Shown one piece after another: positions 30,513-43,980 of a stretch of 64,000 nt of DNA. Positions within the stretch are counted from its first letter, which is position 1, and each line of letters opens with the position of its first letter. The DNA is from Eledone cirrhosa (taxonomy: Eukaryota). The DNA is taken from positions 1 through 64,000 of the forward strand of contig CAXHJY010000589.1 in NCBI GenBank assembly GCA_964016885.1, given 5' to 3'. Below the pieces are notes generated by a model, which ran no database searches, had not been told where the DNA came from, and was given only the letters and a program-made list of their open reading frames with translations. The translations under genes were made by a program, and so were the position numbers.

Positions 30513-30853
30513 ATGGCACATGGCTTAGTGGTTAGAGCATTGGCCTTGCAATCGAAAGTTTGTGAGTTCAATTCTCAGATCGGGTGATGTGTTGTTTCCT
30601 TGAGCAAGACACTTTATTTCACATTGTTCCAGTTTACTCAGATGTAGAAATGAGATGATAGGGACTGGGGTCCCTATCATTCCACTGCAAAGTGGTCGTG
30701 GAGGTGCCACGGCAAAAAAGCACCCAGCACTGACTGTAAATGGGGTTGGTGTTAGGAAGGGCATCCAGCTGTAGAAATCAAGCCAGAATCAGTTCCCGTC
30801 CCACCTTTGCAAGCAGGGAAAAAGCGGACGTAAAAATGAAATGATGATGATGA
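30513..30853 (+). mobile_element. SINE family B (tRNA head, CCTTGAGCAAGACACT core, RTE-derived tail, (GAT)n)
   Basis: A-box TGGCTTAGTGG and B-box GAGTTCAATTC. Copies at 41910-42305(+), 45756-46128(-), 52992-53337(+), 55352-55684(+), with variants at 32720-32889(-) and 62288-62530(+). Confidence 0.9.
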
Positions 30854-31871
30854 AGTACAGTAAAACTCAATCAGGCCTCAGATAGAAATTTGAACAAAAT
30901 CTTTTAACATTGTACCAAAATTTGTTACATTTTGTATTTTATTTAGAAATATGATTTTTTTTTTTTGTATTAAAACAATGTATACAAATACAGTGTATAC
31001 AAATACAGTGTATACAAATACAGTGTATACAAATACAGTGTATAGTACATTGGAGAACAATTGGTCCACATCACAGAAAATGAAAATGCAATCCAAAACA
31101 TAGATTGTTGCTCTTACTGTGTTTGTGCACAAAATGTGGTGAAGAAGATTATAGAAATCAACTGATAATAATTTTAAAAAGTGTACAATCTTAATTTTGC
31201 ATGTAGCTACAAATGATGAGAATTATTTATGAGAATCTAAGTTGGGTGTAAAATAAGGAGGTAGGAGTTAGGATAACTTATTTCAGCTGACATTTAACAT
31301 AAAATAAGGGGTTCTACTTTATGGAAATGGGAACTTTAACCCTTTAGCATTTACATTATTTTATATATATGCTATTGTATTTTCACGGTAAAGGCTTTAC
31401 CTCACATAATTATCTCATAATATCTATGAGATTTTGATATTTATTTTGAGAACAATACCTTAACATAAGTATAAGCACCCAGTTACGGCCAATTTGAACA
31501 GAAAGAGGTGACAGAGTTCTGGCTGGATACAGCCAGTTTAAATTAAATGCTAAAGGGTTAAATAAAATAAGGGATTCTACTTTATGGAAATTGGAACTTT
31601 AACCAAGATAAACTTAAAATTTATTCATAATTGAACATCAGTGAACTGGAGTTGGTTTATGAACAAAGAAGTTAACTAAAAGAGAAAAAAAAAAGGATTT
31701 TCTGAATTAAAAGACAATCCAAATGAAATTTAATCAAATATATTCTAAATTTACATATATATGCACAAACAGTAACAAATGTTCTTAACAGTGAAAAATA
31801 TTTAAAGAGCTTGAAACACTCATGTGAATATTTACATGTAGTTAATATGTACATATGCAATTTGGTTTGCA

Positions 31872-32408
31872 GTTGATACCCAAGGTTAACTGCTGATACC
31901 CAAGGTTAACTGCTGATACCCAAGGTTAACTGTTGATACCCATGGTTAACTGTTGATACCCATGGTTAACTGTTGATACCCATGGTTAACTGCTGATACT
32001 TATGGTTAACTGCTGATACCCATGGTTAACTGTTGATACCCAAGGTTAACTGCTGATACCCAAGGTTAACTGCTGATACCCATGGTTAACTGTTGATACC
32101 CATGGTTAACTGCTGATACCCATGGTTAACTGCTGATACCCATGGTTAACTGCTGATACCCATGGTTAACTGTTGATACCCATGGTTAACTGTTGATACC
32201 CAAGGTTAACTGCTGATACCCATGGTTAACTGTTGATACCCAAGGTTAACTGCTGATACCCAAGGTTAACTGTTGATACCCAAGGTTAACTGCTGATAGC
32301 CAAGGTTAACTGCTGATACCCAAGGTTAACTGTTGATACCCAAGGTTAACTGCTGATACCCATGGTTAACTGTTGATACCCATGGTTAACTGTTGATACC
32401 CATGGTTC
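31872..32408. repeat. 20-bp minisatellite (~27 units)
   Basis: Unit TGATACCCA(A/T)GGTTAACTG(C/T). Confidence 0.95.
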
Positions 32409-33256
32409 TACTACTTAACTGACTGATATAAAATGTCTGTTTACTGATACACACACAGATCAACTAATTTGAAATTGTAGTTCAGTAGTCTGATATGTTA
32501 CTTATCCCAAATGTTTTTAAATTGTTATAGTGAAATTATTGTGACCTATGAAATCTTGTGGAAAGACTATCCAAAATATAGAAGAAAAACAGATGACACT
32601 AATGTAGATTTAGCTGGTTTCATTCAAGGTTGCATTTCATAGTAAGGCTTCTCAGTTATTTTTAATGATAAGGGCCTCTGTCCTATTATAAGAAGATACC
32701 TCCTTGGATCAGACACCAGTATAATGTAGAGTAGCCCCTAATTGCTGCTGGTACTAATTTCTTTTTAACTGAATGGACTGGGATTGAAACATTTTGCTCA
32801 AGAATACAATGTGCCATCTGGTCCAGGAATCGAACACTTGACCTTTTGATCATGTCCAACAACCCTAACCACCATGCCATGCACCTTCACCATCAAATAA
32901 GAATGTGTGATATTTCTTAAAAGCATGTGACAGTGTTTTTATATTAGCTATTCACTAGCCACTAACTGAAGCACTAATCATTTATTTGCACTAAATTCAC
33001 TATAAAAAGTTATAAGAGATTTAATGTTGTTGTTTGAATAGACAGAAGCAAGTTTTTAGTTATAATGTAGGGGAATACCAATTTTTCATGGTGTATGTTA
33101 TTGTTAATTAGAATGGATGTAATTAAAGATGAAAAATACAGTCTCTTTTCTCACTAAATTTCCTATATTTGCTATGTATATAATTTATATATAAGGGACA
33201 TGCATGCTTAAAAATATGTTCGATATGAACAGTAAAAATATGTGCTGTAGTGAAAT

Positions 33257-33466
33257 GTCTTGTTACATAATGTTTTGTTACATAATGTCTTGTTACATAA
33301 CATCTTGTTACATACTGTTGTGTTACGTAATGTCGTGTTACATAATGTTGTGTTACATAATGTCTTGGTACATAATGCATTGTTACATAATGCTGTGTTA
33401 CATAATGCATTGTTACACAATGTCTTGTTACATAATGTCTTGTTACATAATGTCTTGTTACATAAT
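33257..33466. repeat. 15-bp minisatellite abutting a SINE A insertion
   Basis: Unit GTCTTGTTACATAAT. CTTGTTACATAAT recurs on the far side of the SINE (33653-33665) as a TSD. Confidence 0.88.
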
Positions 33467-34147
33467 TGTTTCTACGTTTGGCACAAGGCCAGCAATTATC
33501 CAGTACATTACTGGTACTTTATTTTATCGACCCCGTAAGGATGAAAGGCAAAGTTAACCTCGGCGGGATTTGAACTCAGAAGGGCAAGGGCCGTAACTCC
33601 ATGCGTGAAAGCATGGCGTCTGTCCCTCTACCGATACTGCCAATCCACCGCCCTTGTTACATAATGTAGGTTTGTTAGAGGTCAGCTCTCCCAATCATAT
33701 ATTATGAGAGAACAACCATTTACATTACTCTGCATTTACTACTATATTTTCATGGTAAAGGCTTTACCTCACATAATATAGAATCTTTGAGATTTTGATA
33801 TTAATTATTTTGAGAACAATACATTAACATCAGTATGAGTGGCCAGTTACAGCTAGTTTGAACAGAAAGAGGTGAGAGAATTCTGGCTGGATATGGTCAG
33901 TTTAAATGTTAAAGGGTTAAATGCTTTGATTGTAAAATTTGAAGAAAAAAAACACCAGGATCTATTAAAGAATTAATTAGAGTAAATTAAATGCTGGCTC
34001 TCTGGTAGCTAAATAGCAAAGTTAATGATTTATAGAAAACTTATGTTAACATAAAAATAGTTATAGTTAAGATATGAGTAATTAAATAAATCAAAATATG
34101 TTTCTTCAAAGAAAATAGGTTGTTTGTTTCTTTATTTTTCTTTTTGT

Positions 34148-34568
34148 TTAACCCTTTAGCATTCACATTACTCTATATATACTATTATATTTTCATGGTA
34201 AAGGATTTACCTCACATAATTATCTCACATAATATCGAATCTATGAGATTTTGAAAGTATTTATTTTGAGAACAATACCTTAACATCAGTATGAGGGGCC
34301 AATTACAGCCAGTTTCAACAGAAAAGGGTAGAGAATTCTGGCCGGTTTGAACATTAAAGGGTTAACCCTTTAGCATTTAAACTAACTTCTCTCACCTCTT
34401 TCTGTTCAAACCGGCTGTACCTGGCCACTCATACTGATGTTAATGTATTGTTCTCAAAATAAATAATATCAAAATCTTATAGATCTAATGTTATGTGAAA
34501 TAATTATGTGAGGTAAAGCCTTTACCATGAAATTACAATAGCATATATAGAGTAATGTAAATGGTTAA
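34148..34568. mobile_element. Two piggyBac-type MITEs in inverted orientation sharing a central TTAA
   Basis: TTAA at 34148, 34362 and 34565. The second copy is the reverse complement of the first. Confidence 0.8.
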
Positions 34569-35014
34569 ACCATTTCAACTGACACTTTTGAGAATGAAAT
34601 ACATCAATAGAATTTGACACTAATTGTAGATAAGATCTTTGTTTTGATGGATTGAATTTCTAAATGTTTGCATTTCCCTGTCTATTCTTTGTGAAGAGAA
34701 AGTTTTTGAAAGAAAATAAAGACAAAGCCAAATTGCAAGAATTAGAAAGTAAAAGAATGAGTGCTTCAAACTGAACTCTCTAATTCTATATGGTAAATCC
34801 TGCACCTAGTGACAGTCTTTTCTTGTTCAGTCACAATTATTCTTATAAAAGACCAAATGTACCAAGTTTGGAAATAATTCAATGTTTCCTAACAAAGTCA
34901 GTAGCCTTTAAGTGGTTGACTATTACAATATTTAATTGTTGGTACTTAAGCCTTACTGTACCAACCTAAAAAATGGTCCGAGAAGATAAATATACTATTT
35001 TAAAATAAGTAGCT

Positions 35015-35789
35015 TTGACCCTTTAGCATTTACATTACTCTATATATACTACTGTATTTTCATGGTAAAGGCTTTATCTCACACAATATCTCACAACATT
35101 TACATTACTCTATATATACTACTGTATTTTCATGGTAAAGGCTTTATCTCACATAATATCTCACATAACATTTACATTACTCTATATATACTATTGTATT
35201 TTCACAGTAAAGGCTTTACCTTACATAATATCTCACAATACATTTACATTACTCTATATATACTATTGTATTTTCATGGTAAAGGCTTTTCCTCACATAA
35301 TATCTCACATAACATTTACATTACTCTATATATACTATTGTATTTTCACGGTAAAGGCTTTACCTCACATAATATCTCACATAACATTTACATTACTCTA
35401 TATATACTATTGTATTTTCATGGTAAAGGCTTTACCTCACATAATATCTCACATAACATTTACATTATTCTATATATACTATTGTATTTTCATGGTAAAG
35501 GCTTTACCTCACATAATATTCACATTACTCTATATATACTATTGTATTTTCACGGTAAAGGCTTTACCTCACATAATATCTCACATAACATTTACATTAC
35601 TCTATATATACTATTGTATTTTCATGGTACAGGCTTTACCTCACATAATATCGAATCTGAGATTTCGATATTAGTTATTTTGATATTATATTATTAACAT
35701 AAATATGAGCAGCCAATTACAGACAGTTTCAACAGAAAGAGGTGAGAGTATTCTGACTGGATACAGCCAGTTTAATGCTAAAGGGTTAA
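35015..35789 (+). repeat. piggyBac-type MITE with an internal 62-bp tandem expansion (~10 units)
   Basis: Same unit as 7026-8460. Right end AATGCTAAAGGGTTAA. Confidence 0.88.
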
Positions 35790-36425
35790 AGTGATACTTA
35801 TATTGATATTTCTTTGATATAAAAAAAAAAAAGTCCCTTCTAATCTTATACAATTCTGAAAATATCTTAAATGAAATTTTTCCCAAAAGAGGAAAAATTA
35901 GATTTTATAAACTCTCAAGTTGTACCTATTAACATCAAAAACCAAAATTAAAACATAAAAAAAAAATTCCTGTACAAAATTTTAAAATAAAATTTGGGTT
36001 AAAATTCTGGGAAATAAAATATCACTCAAAGCTTGAGAAAAGAGATGATGATGATATCATCAAAAAATGATGATATCATCAAACAATGATGATAACAAAT
36101 TTAGAAATACTGGAGATTTGAGTAATATTATATTTTCTAGAATTTTAACCCAAATCTTATTTTAAAGTTTTGTGCAGTAATTTTTTTAATTTAATTTTTC
36201 ATTTATATTATTTGATAGTAATAGTTAAAACTAACTGAATACGAAGATTTCTTTCAGTTTATCAAGCTGAATAGTTAACATATATGGATAAATAAAACAC
36301 GTTTCTTTCAAATATTACTATGAAGTTATTGTGAAACTGATTTTGTTTTTAATGAAGGAAAAAAAATATATGTTATGTATATAAGAATAAAAAGAATAAT
36401 GAAAAAAAAAAAATTGAGTATTTTG

Positions 36426-36560
36426 TTAGGCTGGTTTAGAAATAGTGTAAGCGTAATGTCCAGGCAGGGTTTCTAAATCATAACTAATAGCTGTTTCATA
36501 GTCTTGGGGCCGTAGTTGATGATTCTTGAGTCCTTTTGGTTGAATTAAAGCCTTTAGTCC
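36426..36560 (-). CDS. SLC6 transporter terminal coding exon: GLKALIQPKGLKNHQLRPQDYETAISYDLETLPGHYAYTISKPA*
   Basis: Acceptor ttcttctgtttgcag, open 44-codon frame to TAA, LxxLxxP motif typical of the SLC6 C-tail. Confidence 0.85.
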   Translation of the reverse strand, partial: GLKALIQPKGLKNHQLRPQDYETAISYDLETLPGHYAYTISKPA

Positions 36561-37189
36561 CTGCAAACAGAAGAAAAATGAATAGAATTTAGTATTTGAA
36601 AATCAAAAAACAAATCAATGAAAACTTATTTTGGTAGAGTCAAAGTTAGCATTAGCGTATTTTATGTTTTAGTCTTAGAAGAGTCAACAGACATATATTA
36701 AATATGTCACCCCAACGTTTAAACTGGGTCCTCATAACTTTAGGACTTCTAAAAACAGGTAAGAACTTTCTAGATATATATATTTATTGATCTATATATT
36801 GACTGATTGATTTATTAATATTTATTGATTGGAATGTTGGTGGATCTTTATGTGATTGTAAATATATATTGTATTTGTGGAGTGTATATAACTATATGTA
36901 TGATATATTGTATATATATTTGGTATGTATGTATGTATATATATTGTATATATATTTGGTATTTATATATATTGTATATATATTTGGAGTGTATATAACT
37001 ATATATATGATATATTGTATATATATATTTGGAGTTTATATAACTGTATATATGATATATTGTATATATATTTGGTATGTATGTATATATATATATTGTA
37101 TATGTATGTATATATACTGTATATATAGGAAAACTTCAACCGTTAAGGTATGTTCCTTGGCTATGTCAAAATTTATAAAACAAACTTTG

Positions 37190-37251
37190 TATTTTATCTG
37201 ATGAGGGCGTACCAAAGTTTTTGGTACCCTTGAAATATATATAATAGAATA
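37190..37251 (+). ncRNA. Minimal type-I hammerhead ribozyme
   Basis: TATTTTAT-CTGATGA-GGGCGTACCAAA gtt TTTGGTACCCTT-GAAA-TATATA-TA-ATAGAATA. Downstream sequence matches the family at 13421-13575 and 19821-20047. Confidence 0.82.
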
Positions 37252-38381
37252 AATATGGTTTTATAAATATATTCTGCAGGAGCAGAATATGGCGAGCCAG
37301 GCAGCACCAGTGCTCCGTGACCATCCTCTGCAGCATCTACAACTCCATTTCCTCATTTCACATTCGGTCATGTCAACACACAGGAAGAATCCTTCACAGC
37401 CACTGCTGGTTCAATGCATTCAGCCATCTCTCTATCTTTGCCGTGCGCTTCCAGGTTTTGTTTGCGATTATTAAAAAGTTATTTCACTCGAGTATTAAAA
37501 AGTCATTTAGAATTAATTATGCAATTATGTAGTGAGGAAAAGACAGTGTTATTTTAATTATTTCAATATTTATGGGAGACAACTTCTGGACATGTTTGGA
37601 TCTTATTAAACCTCTTCAGTAAAGCATAGACTTCATTAAAACAGGCTTCTTCAGCATATAATTACTTCGAATTAGCTTTTTAATACTTGCTGCATTATAT
37701 ACACTCACTTAACTATTGATTTGCATATAGATGATGTACCTGAGTAATTTATTTCTCTTATTCTATTAACTTGGTATAGTTTGCTGTATTCCGACTTAGT
37801 ATTGACCTAAAATAGGTATCAATGGCTGGTGGCAAGATAGGAAGATTTAATGCTATGAACCTAATTTTCCTTTTGTCCTTTTGAATTTCTAGGATACCAC
37901 TAAACTACTAATTACTTCAGCAACTAAAGACTGTATTAAAGGTAGTTTAGAAATAATGACCTAATTAGTTATTTAGATTCAGGTCACTGTTGATCAAGCA
38001 GACTTATCATCTAAGGCACCCAAACCATGACTATCTAGTCTTTTTAGGGATATCTAGTGAAGGCGTGTGGCTGAGTGGTTATAGAATTGGATTCGTAATC
38101 GTAAGGTTGTGAGTTCGATTCCTGGACCAGGCGATGCATTATGTCCTTGAGCAAGACACTTTATTTCACGTTGCTCCTTCTACCTGGAGTTGCGACCGGT
38201 AGATAGTATTAGCAATTGGAAAGACCAACGGAAACATTGTTCTCTCGGTCCGATTTGACGAAAGTCAATCGTTCCTTTTTATGATTACATTAACCAATGT
38301 GTCCTACAGTTTCTAAAGTAGCTGTGTGTGAGCTGAGAGATATTTTGTTAATATTTCTAGCAGGCCAAGAACTGTATAGAG

Positions 38382-39117
38382 CAAGGTTCGCAGCCACTGG
38401 GCTGAGGATCGGTACCAGTTCGTGGACCATTTGCAACCGGGCCGCAAAGAAATAATTAACTTGTTTAAAATTATATAATATATAAATTGATTATTGGACT
38501 TTGATTTAAAAAGATTTACATGTGAGTCAAAAGATTATACCTTTTTTCTTCCCTTTAATAAATTACTCTTTTTATGCTTCTTCAGCATATAATTATTTCG
38601 AATTAGCTTTTTAATACTTGCTGCATTATATACACTCCCTTAACTCTCTTAACTGCACTTAAATATACACTCCCTTATTATATACACTCTCTTAACTCTC
38701 TTAACTGCACTTAAATATACACTCCCTTATTATATACACTCACTTAACTCTCTTAACTGCACTTAAATATACACTCCCTTATTATATACACTCACTTAAC
38801 TCTCTTAACTGCACTTAAATATACACTCCCTTATTATATACACTCACTTAACTCTCTTAACTGCACTTAAATATACACTCCCTTATTATATACACTCACT
38901 TAACTCTCTTAACTGCACTTAAATATACACTCCCTTATTATATACACTCACTTAACTCTCTTAACTGCACTTAAATATACACTCCCTTATTATATACACT
39001 CACTTAACTCTCTTTAGTGAAATGCACTTAAATAACACACATATGCAGCTACCGTTCCACGGAAAGATTGTCCGGCATGAAGCCGGTCCATGGTATAAAA
39101 AAGGTTGGAGACCACTG
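38382..39117 (+). mobile_element. hAT/Charlie-like (MER1-type ends) MITE containing a 52-bp tandem array (38625-39015)
   Basis: Ends resemble MER1 (…GGTACCAGTTCGTGG…AACCGGGCCGCA; CCACGGAAAGATTGTC…CCGGTCCATGG…AAAAAGGTTGGAGACCACTG). Family assignment is from memory. Confidence 0.65.
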
Positions 39118-40796
39118 ATGCAGAAGCTCACTTGTTAGCCACATTTGTTGATAGAGTTTGTAATATTTATAGATTATCAGCCACAGTCGATGCAATATAT
39201 TACTATATCAGCACAATCTAAACTATAATAAAGTAATGAGTGCGGGACTGCGTCCAGAATATATTTTTTTATCCCGTTTGTAAAATAAGTTGGATTACTT
39301 TGAATAAATAATTGTTTCTATTTTTGGCACAAGGCCAGCAATTATCCAGTACATTACTGGTACTTTATTTTATCGACCCCGTAAAGATGAAAGGCAAAGT
39401 CAACCTCGGCGGGATTTGAACTCAGATCGTAATGGGACGTAACTATGCTGGAAAGCATGGCGTCCGACCCTCTACCGATACTGCCAATCCACCGCCCAAT
39501 CCACTTTGAATAAATAATGAATGAATATTACATAATTTATCTACTAAATTTTGTTATTCTTGATTAAATATAAATAATTTTGTGGCTTATTTTAAGATTC
39601 ACTTCTTTAAAATTTTCAAATGTCAACACTTCCGGTTAGCAATCGCGTAAATAAAAATTCATATATTTCCATCACTAATTTTCTCCTAATGCAGTTTATA
39701 TATAATATCGTCTTTTTTTAATGTATCATGGATTACGTTACTGATTACATAAGACAGTGTAACGCAGTCTTCGTTCAATTTCTGTGTATATTGTCAATTA
39801 CGATTTTATTTGATGTATCATATCTACATGTATATATACCTGCGTATAATATCAATATGCACACTACACATACTAGCAGAAAACCACCTTCGGGTGGTTT
39901 TCTGCTAGTTCTAGCAATGTTGAAAGATTGACAGAATAATGACAATTCCAGGACTCTAAGTATTCATAGAAAAGTAGTATATTAAGATAGACTGTTTATT
40001 GTTAAATATTTTAAAACCAGTTGGTATCATATAGTGTTATGAAGGGGATCCAGCTGTAGAAACCTAGCTAGAAACAGTTCTCTACGAGCAAAACACGGTC
40101 ACCTGACCCAACTTGCCTCAAATGGGACAACCTGTCTAACCCATTCTAGTGTGGACAGTGGACGTTAAATGATGATGATGACTATGATGATATATATATA
40201 TATGTGTGTGTGTGTGTATCTATGTATATAAGCTGAGCCCTATTTTATACCTGAGAAATCGGCAAAAATCCAAACCCCATTTATAATCTGAAACAGGTAA
40301 TCAACACATTATGTTTAAATGGTGTGATTTGAAATTGTCATAAGGGGAAAAATATATTTATGAAGTTTTAATGTTTTGATATTTAAAATATTTTAAGTGT
40401 CGTTTAGAGTATAGCTTTTGTTTCTCAACTCGATTACATAATGATTCTTTACCAATTTCTGACCGTTTTGAAGGCTTTATTCATTTAAAACATATCGAAT
40501 ACAATAGGAAATACGAATTTCATGTTGAAAGTGAAACAGGTGTAATATCCACCTTCAAAGTGAAAATATTTTAACACCTCATTTATGTAGAATTATGTAG
40601 TTGGTAAAAATTGGCAAAATATTGACCTTGAATATAAGTTGACTCCCATTTTACTATCAAATTTTTTTGTCACATATTTCTCAGCTTATATTCAAGTAAA
40701 TATGGTAATTTCATTATATCTGAAGTATTACATGAACTTCAGGGATTTAAAAGAAAGAATTTTAGTGGCTGTTAGTAGTGGGGTATAATCTATCAT

Positions 40797-41696
40797 TATG
40801 TGGGCTGGATGCTTTTTAGAGTGGCACCAAAACGATCACTTTACAAGGGGGGGGGGGACACATTTTGTTGTGTCACCATCACAACCACTTTACAGTGTGG
40901 GCTGGGCGCTTTTTGTCATGTCACCATCACGACCACTTTACAGTGTGGGCTGGGCACTTTTTGTCATGTCACCAACACAATCACTTTACAGTTCTATATT
41001 TAAATTCAATCTTCTCACAGAGTGGGCTGGGCACATTTTGTTGTGTCACCATCACGACCACTTTACAGTGTGGGCTGGGCACCTTTTGTCATGTCACCAT
41101 CACAACCACTTTACAGTGTGGGCTGGGCACCTTTTGTCATGTCACCATCACAACCACTTTACAGTGTGGGCTGGGCACATTTTGTCATGTCACCATCACA
41201 ACCACTTTACAGTGTGGGCTGGGCGCTTTTTGTCATGTCACCAACACAATCACTTTACAGTTCTATATTTAAATTCAATCTTCTCACAGAGGGGGCTGGG
41301 CACATTTTGTTGTGTCACCATCACGACCACTTTACAGTGTGGGCTGGGCACCTTTTGTCATGTCACCATCACAACCACTTTACAGTGTGGGCTGGGCACC
41401 TTTTGTCATGTCACCATCACAACCACTTTACAGTGTGGGCTGGGCACATTTTGTTGTGTCACCATCACGACCACTTTACAGTGTGGGCTGGGCACCTTTT
41501 GTCATGTCACCATCACGACCACTTTACAGTGTGGGCTGGGCACTTTTTGTCATGTCACCATCACGACCACTTTACAGTGTGGGCTGGGCACCTTTTGTCA
41601 TGTCACAATCACAACCACTTTACAGTGTGGGCTGGGCACTTTTTGTCATGTCACCATCATGACCACTTTACAGTTCTATATTTAAATTCAATCTTC
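40797..41696 (-). repeat. 47-bp minisatellite related to the 48-mer at 2756, reverse orientation
   Basis: Unit GTCACCATCACRACCACTTTACAGTGTGGGCTGGGCACYTTTTGTCAT, interrupted three times by CAGTTCTATATTTAAATTCAATCTTCT. Confidence 0.92.
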
Positions 41697-42857
41697 TTTT
41701 ATATACTAGACAGTTTCCTCTTGATTTAGTACACACTAATTCTTCAATGTATATCAAAATCATTGTGTAGAGAATTTCCACAAAGTAAATATTGAATCTA
41801 ACTAAGATTCAAAGCTTCATTGATCAATGTATAACATTTCTCAATAAATTTATTATTAATCCAGATATAATTACATTTCCCTGCTCGACTTCTATATTAT
41901 CTATTAAACTGGAGGCACATGGCTTAGTGGTTAGAGCATTGGCCTTGCAATCGAAAGGTTGTGAGTTCAATTCTCAGACTGGGTGATGTGTTGTTTCCTT
42001 GAGCAAGACACTTTATTTCACATTGCTCCAGTTTACTCAGCTGTAGAAATGAGATGATAGGGACTGGGGTCCCTATCGTTCCACTGTAAAGTGGTCATGG
42101 AGGTGCCACGGAAAAAAAAATCACTCAGCCCACACTGTAAAGTGGACGTGTAGGCGCCACGGAAAAAAAGCACCCAGCACTCACTGTAAATGAGGTTGGT
42201 GTTAGGAAGGGCATCCAGCTGTAGAAATCAAGCCAGAATCAGTTCCCGTCCCACCCTTGCAAGCAGGGAAAAGGGGACGTAAAATGAAATGATGAAATGA
42301 TGATGAAACATGATAGCTACTGTTAAATAGCTCCTCTGCAGTAAAACAGTGAATTATTTTGGAGGGTCACATGGTATAATTGCATTTAATAACATAGGTT
42401 GATAAAATACAAACACACACATACACCCTTTCATGCACACACACTCTCATAGACACACACACACACACACACTATCTCATAGACACACACATCTTCACAT
42501 ACATACATACATTAACTTTTTTGCATGTATTTCTTTCATACTAACTTGTATTACAATATTTTTATATTATTGTAGTAAGAATTTTCATGGCTGGATTTTT
42601 GTCTTACTATTAATCACTTAGTTGTGAATGAAGTAGTAGTAGTAATAGTAGTAGTAGTAGTAGTAGTAATAATTGTTTCTACTTTTGGCACAAGGCCAGC
42701 AATTATTCCAGTGTATTACTGGTACTTTATTTTATTGACCCCGTAAGGATGAAAGGCAAAGTTAACCTCAGTGGGATTTGAACCCAGAACGTAAAGGGCC
42801 GTAACTCTATGCTGCAAAGCATGGTATCTGACGCCCTACCGATACTGCCAAACCACC

Positions 42858-42900
<43 letters not shown>

Positions 42901-43169
42901 TTTCTACAATAGGCACAAGGCCAGTAATTTGGGGGCAGAAGAAAGTCGATTGAATCAACCCCAGTACGTTACTGGTACTTTATTTTATCGACCCCGTAAG
43001 GATGAAAGGCAGAGTTAACCTCGGCGGGATTTGAACTCAGACCGTAAAGGGACGTAACTCTATGCTGCAAAGCATGGTGTCCGACTCTCTACACATACTG
43101 TCAATCCACCGCCCAATAATTATCATCATCATCATTTTACGTCCGCTTTTCCCTGCTTGCAAGGGTGGG

Positions 43170-43214
<45 letters not shown>

Positions 43215-43217
43215 TTA

Positions 43218-43486
43218 ATGTAAAAAGGATTTGGAACTGCCATGAAGTCAGTGGTCCCGATTGTCATAGGCGCACTAGGGACTATCTCAAAAAGTTTCCA
43301 GGGATGGTCAAAGAAAATTGGCCCCTTCACTCTTTTTGGAACGCTTCAAAAGACATGCTTGCTGGGAACAGCAAGAACCCTCCGATACGTCCTGAATATC
43401 TGAGGCTGCAGGTAGTGGCTTGATATTCATTTCAACAAAATTTCCAGTTAACTAACATCAATGACTGAGACTCAAAGAGTAATAAT
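43218..43486 (+). mobile_element. R4/Dong-clade LINE 3' fragment within (TAA)n
   Basis: KRIW...VVPIVIGALGTISKSFQGWSKKIG...LQKTCLLGTARTLRYVLNI*, flanked both sides by (TAA)n. Confidence 0.75.
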
Positions 43487-43499
43487 AATAATAATAATA

Positions 43500-43980
43500 A
43501 TGATTTCTTTATTAACCACAAGGGTTTACATAAAGTAGACATTAAGGACAGTGCAGGGCAATACAGGACGGTACAAATGGGCATTTCTGCGTGTAAAAAA
43601 AACAAAAACAGTGGATGTAACAAAAAATAACAATGAAAAATTCCCCAATAGGGGGGAGACTTCGGAGGGACATTTGTGGAGAAAGCCCAGTAAAAGGCCC
43701 TGACTACCAAGGCAAGTGCCCTCTCCCAGTTTTCCACCTTTAATTTACGGATACATACTCAGAGTAGGCCCATTCACTCGGGCCATTCTTGCTTCTCTCA
43801 CCCATCTTTCAACAAAATGCTGGGAAGAGAGCACTTCCCTCTCTACTCTGATTTTCCTTTTCAAATTAAATTTGAAAAGGTCAATCAGGGCATCACTGAA
43901 GAGGTAAGTGCTCGTCTTCAGCCCTTTCAAACGTGTCCACCATGCTATCTCTTTCGCCATGGCCACCAGACAGATAAAAA
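43500..43980 (-). mobile_element. L1/Tx1-like LINE 3' fragment
   Basis: LVAMAKEIAWWTRLK...IRVERE...FVERW (AKxxxWxxR C-terminal motif), then AATAAA and a (TTA)n tail. Confidence 0.6.

Noticed and set aside
30513-30590. tRNA-like sequences with A and B boxes
   Set aside because: They are SINE heads continuing into SINE bodies and lack a complete acceptor stem.
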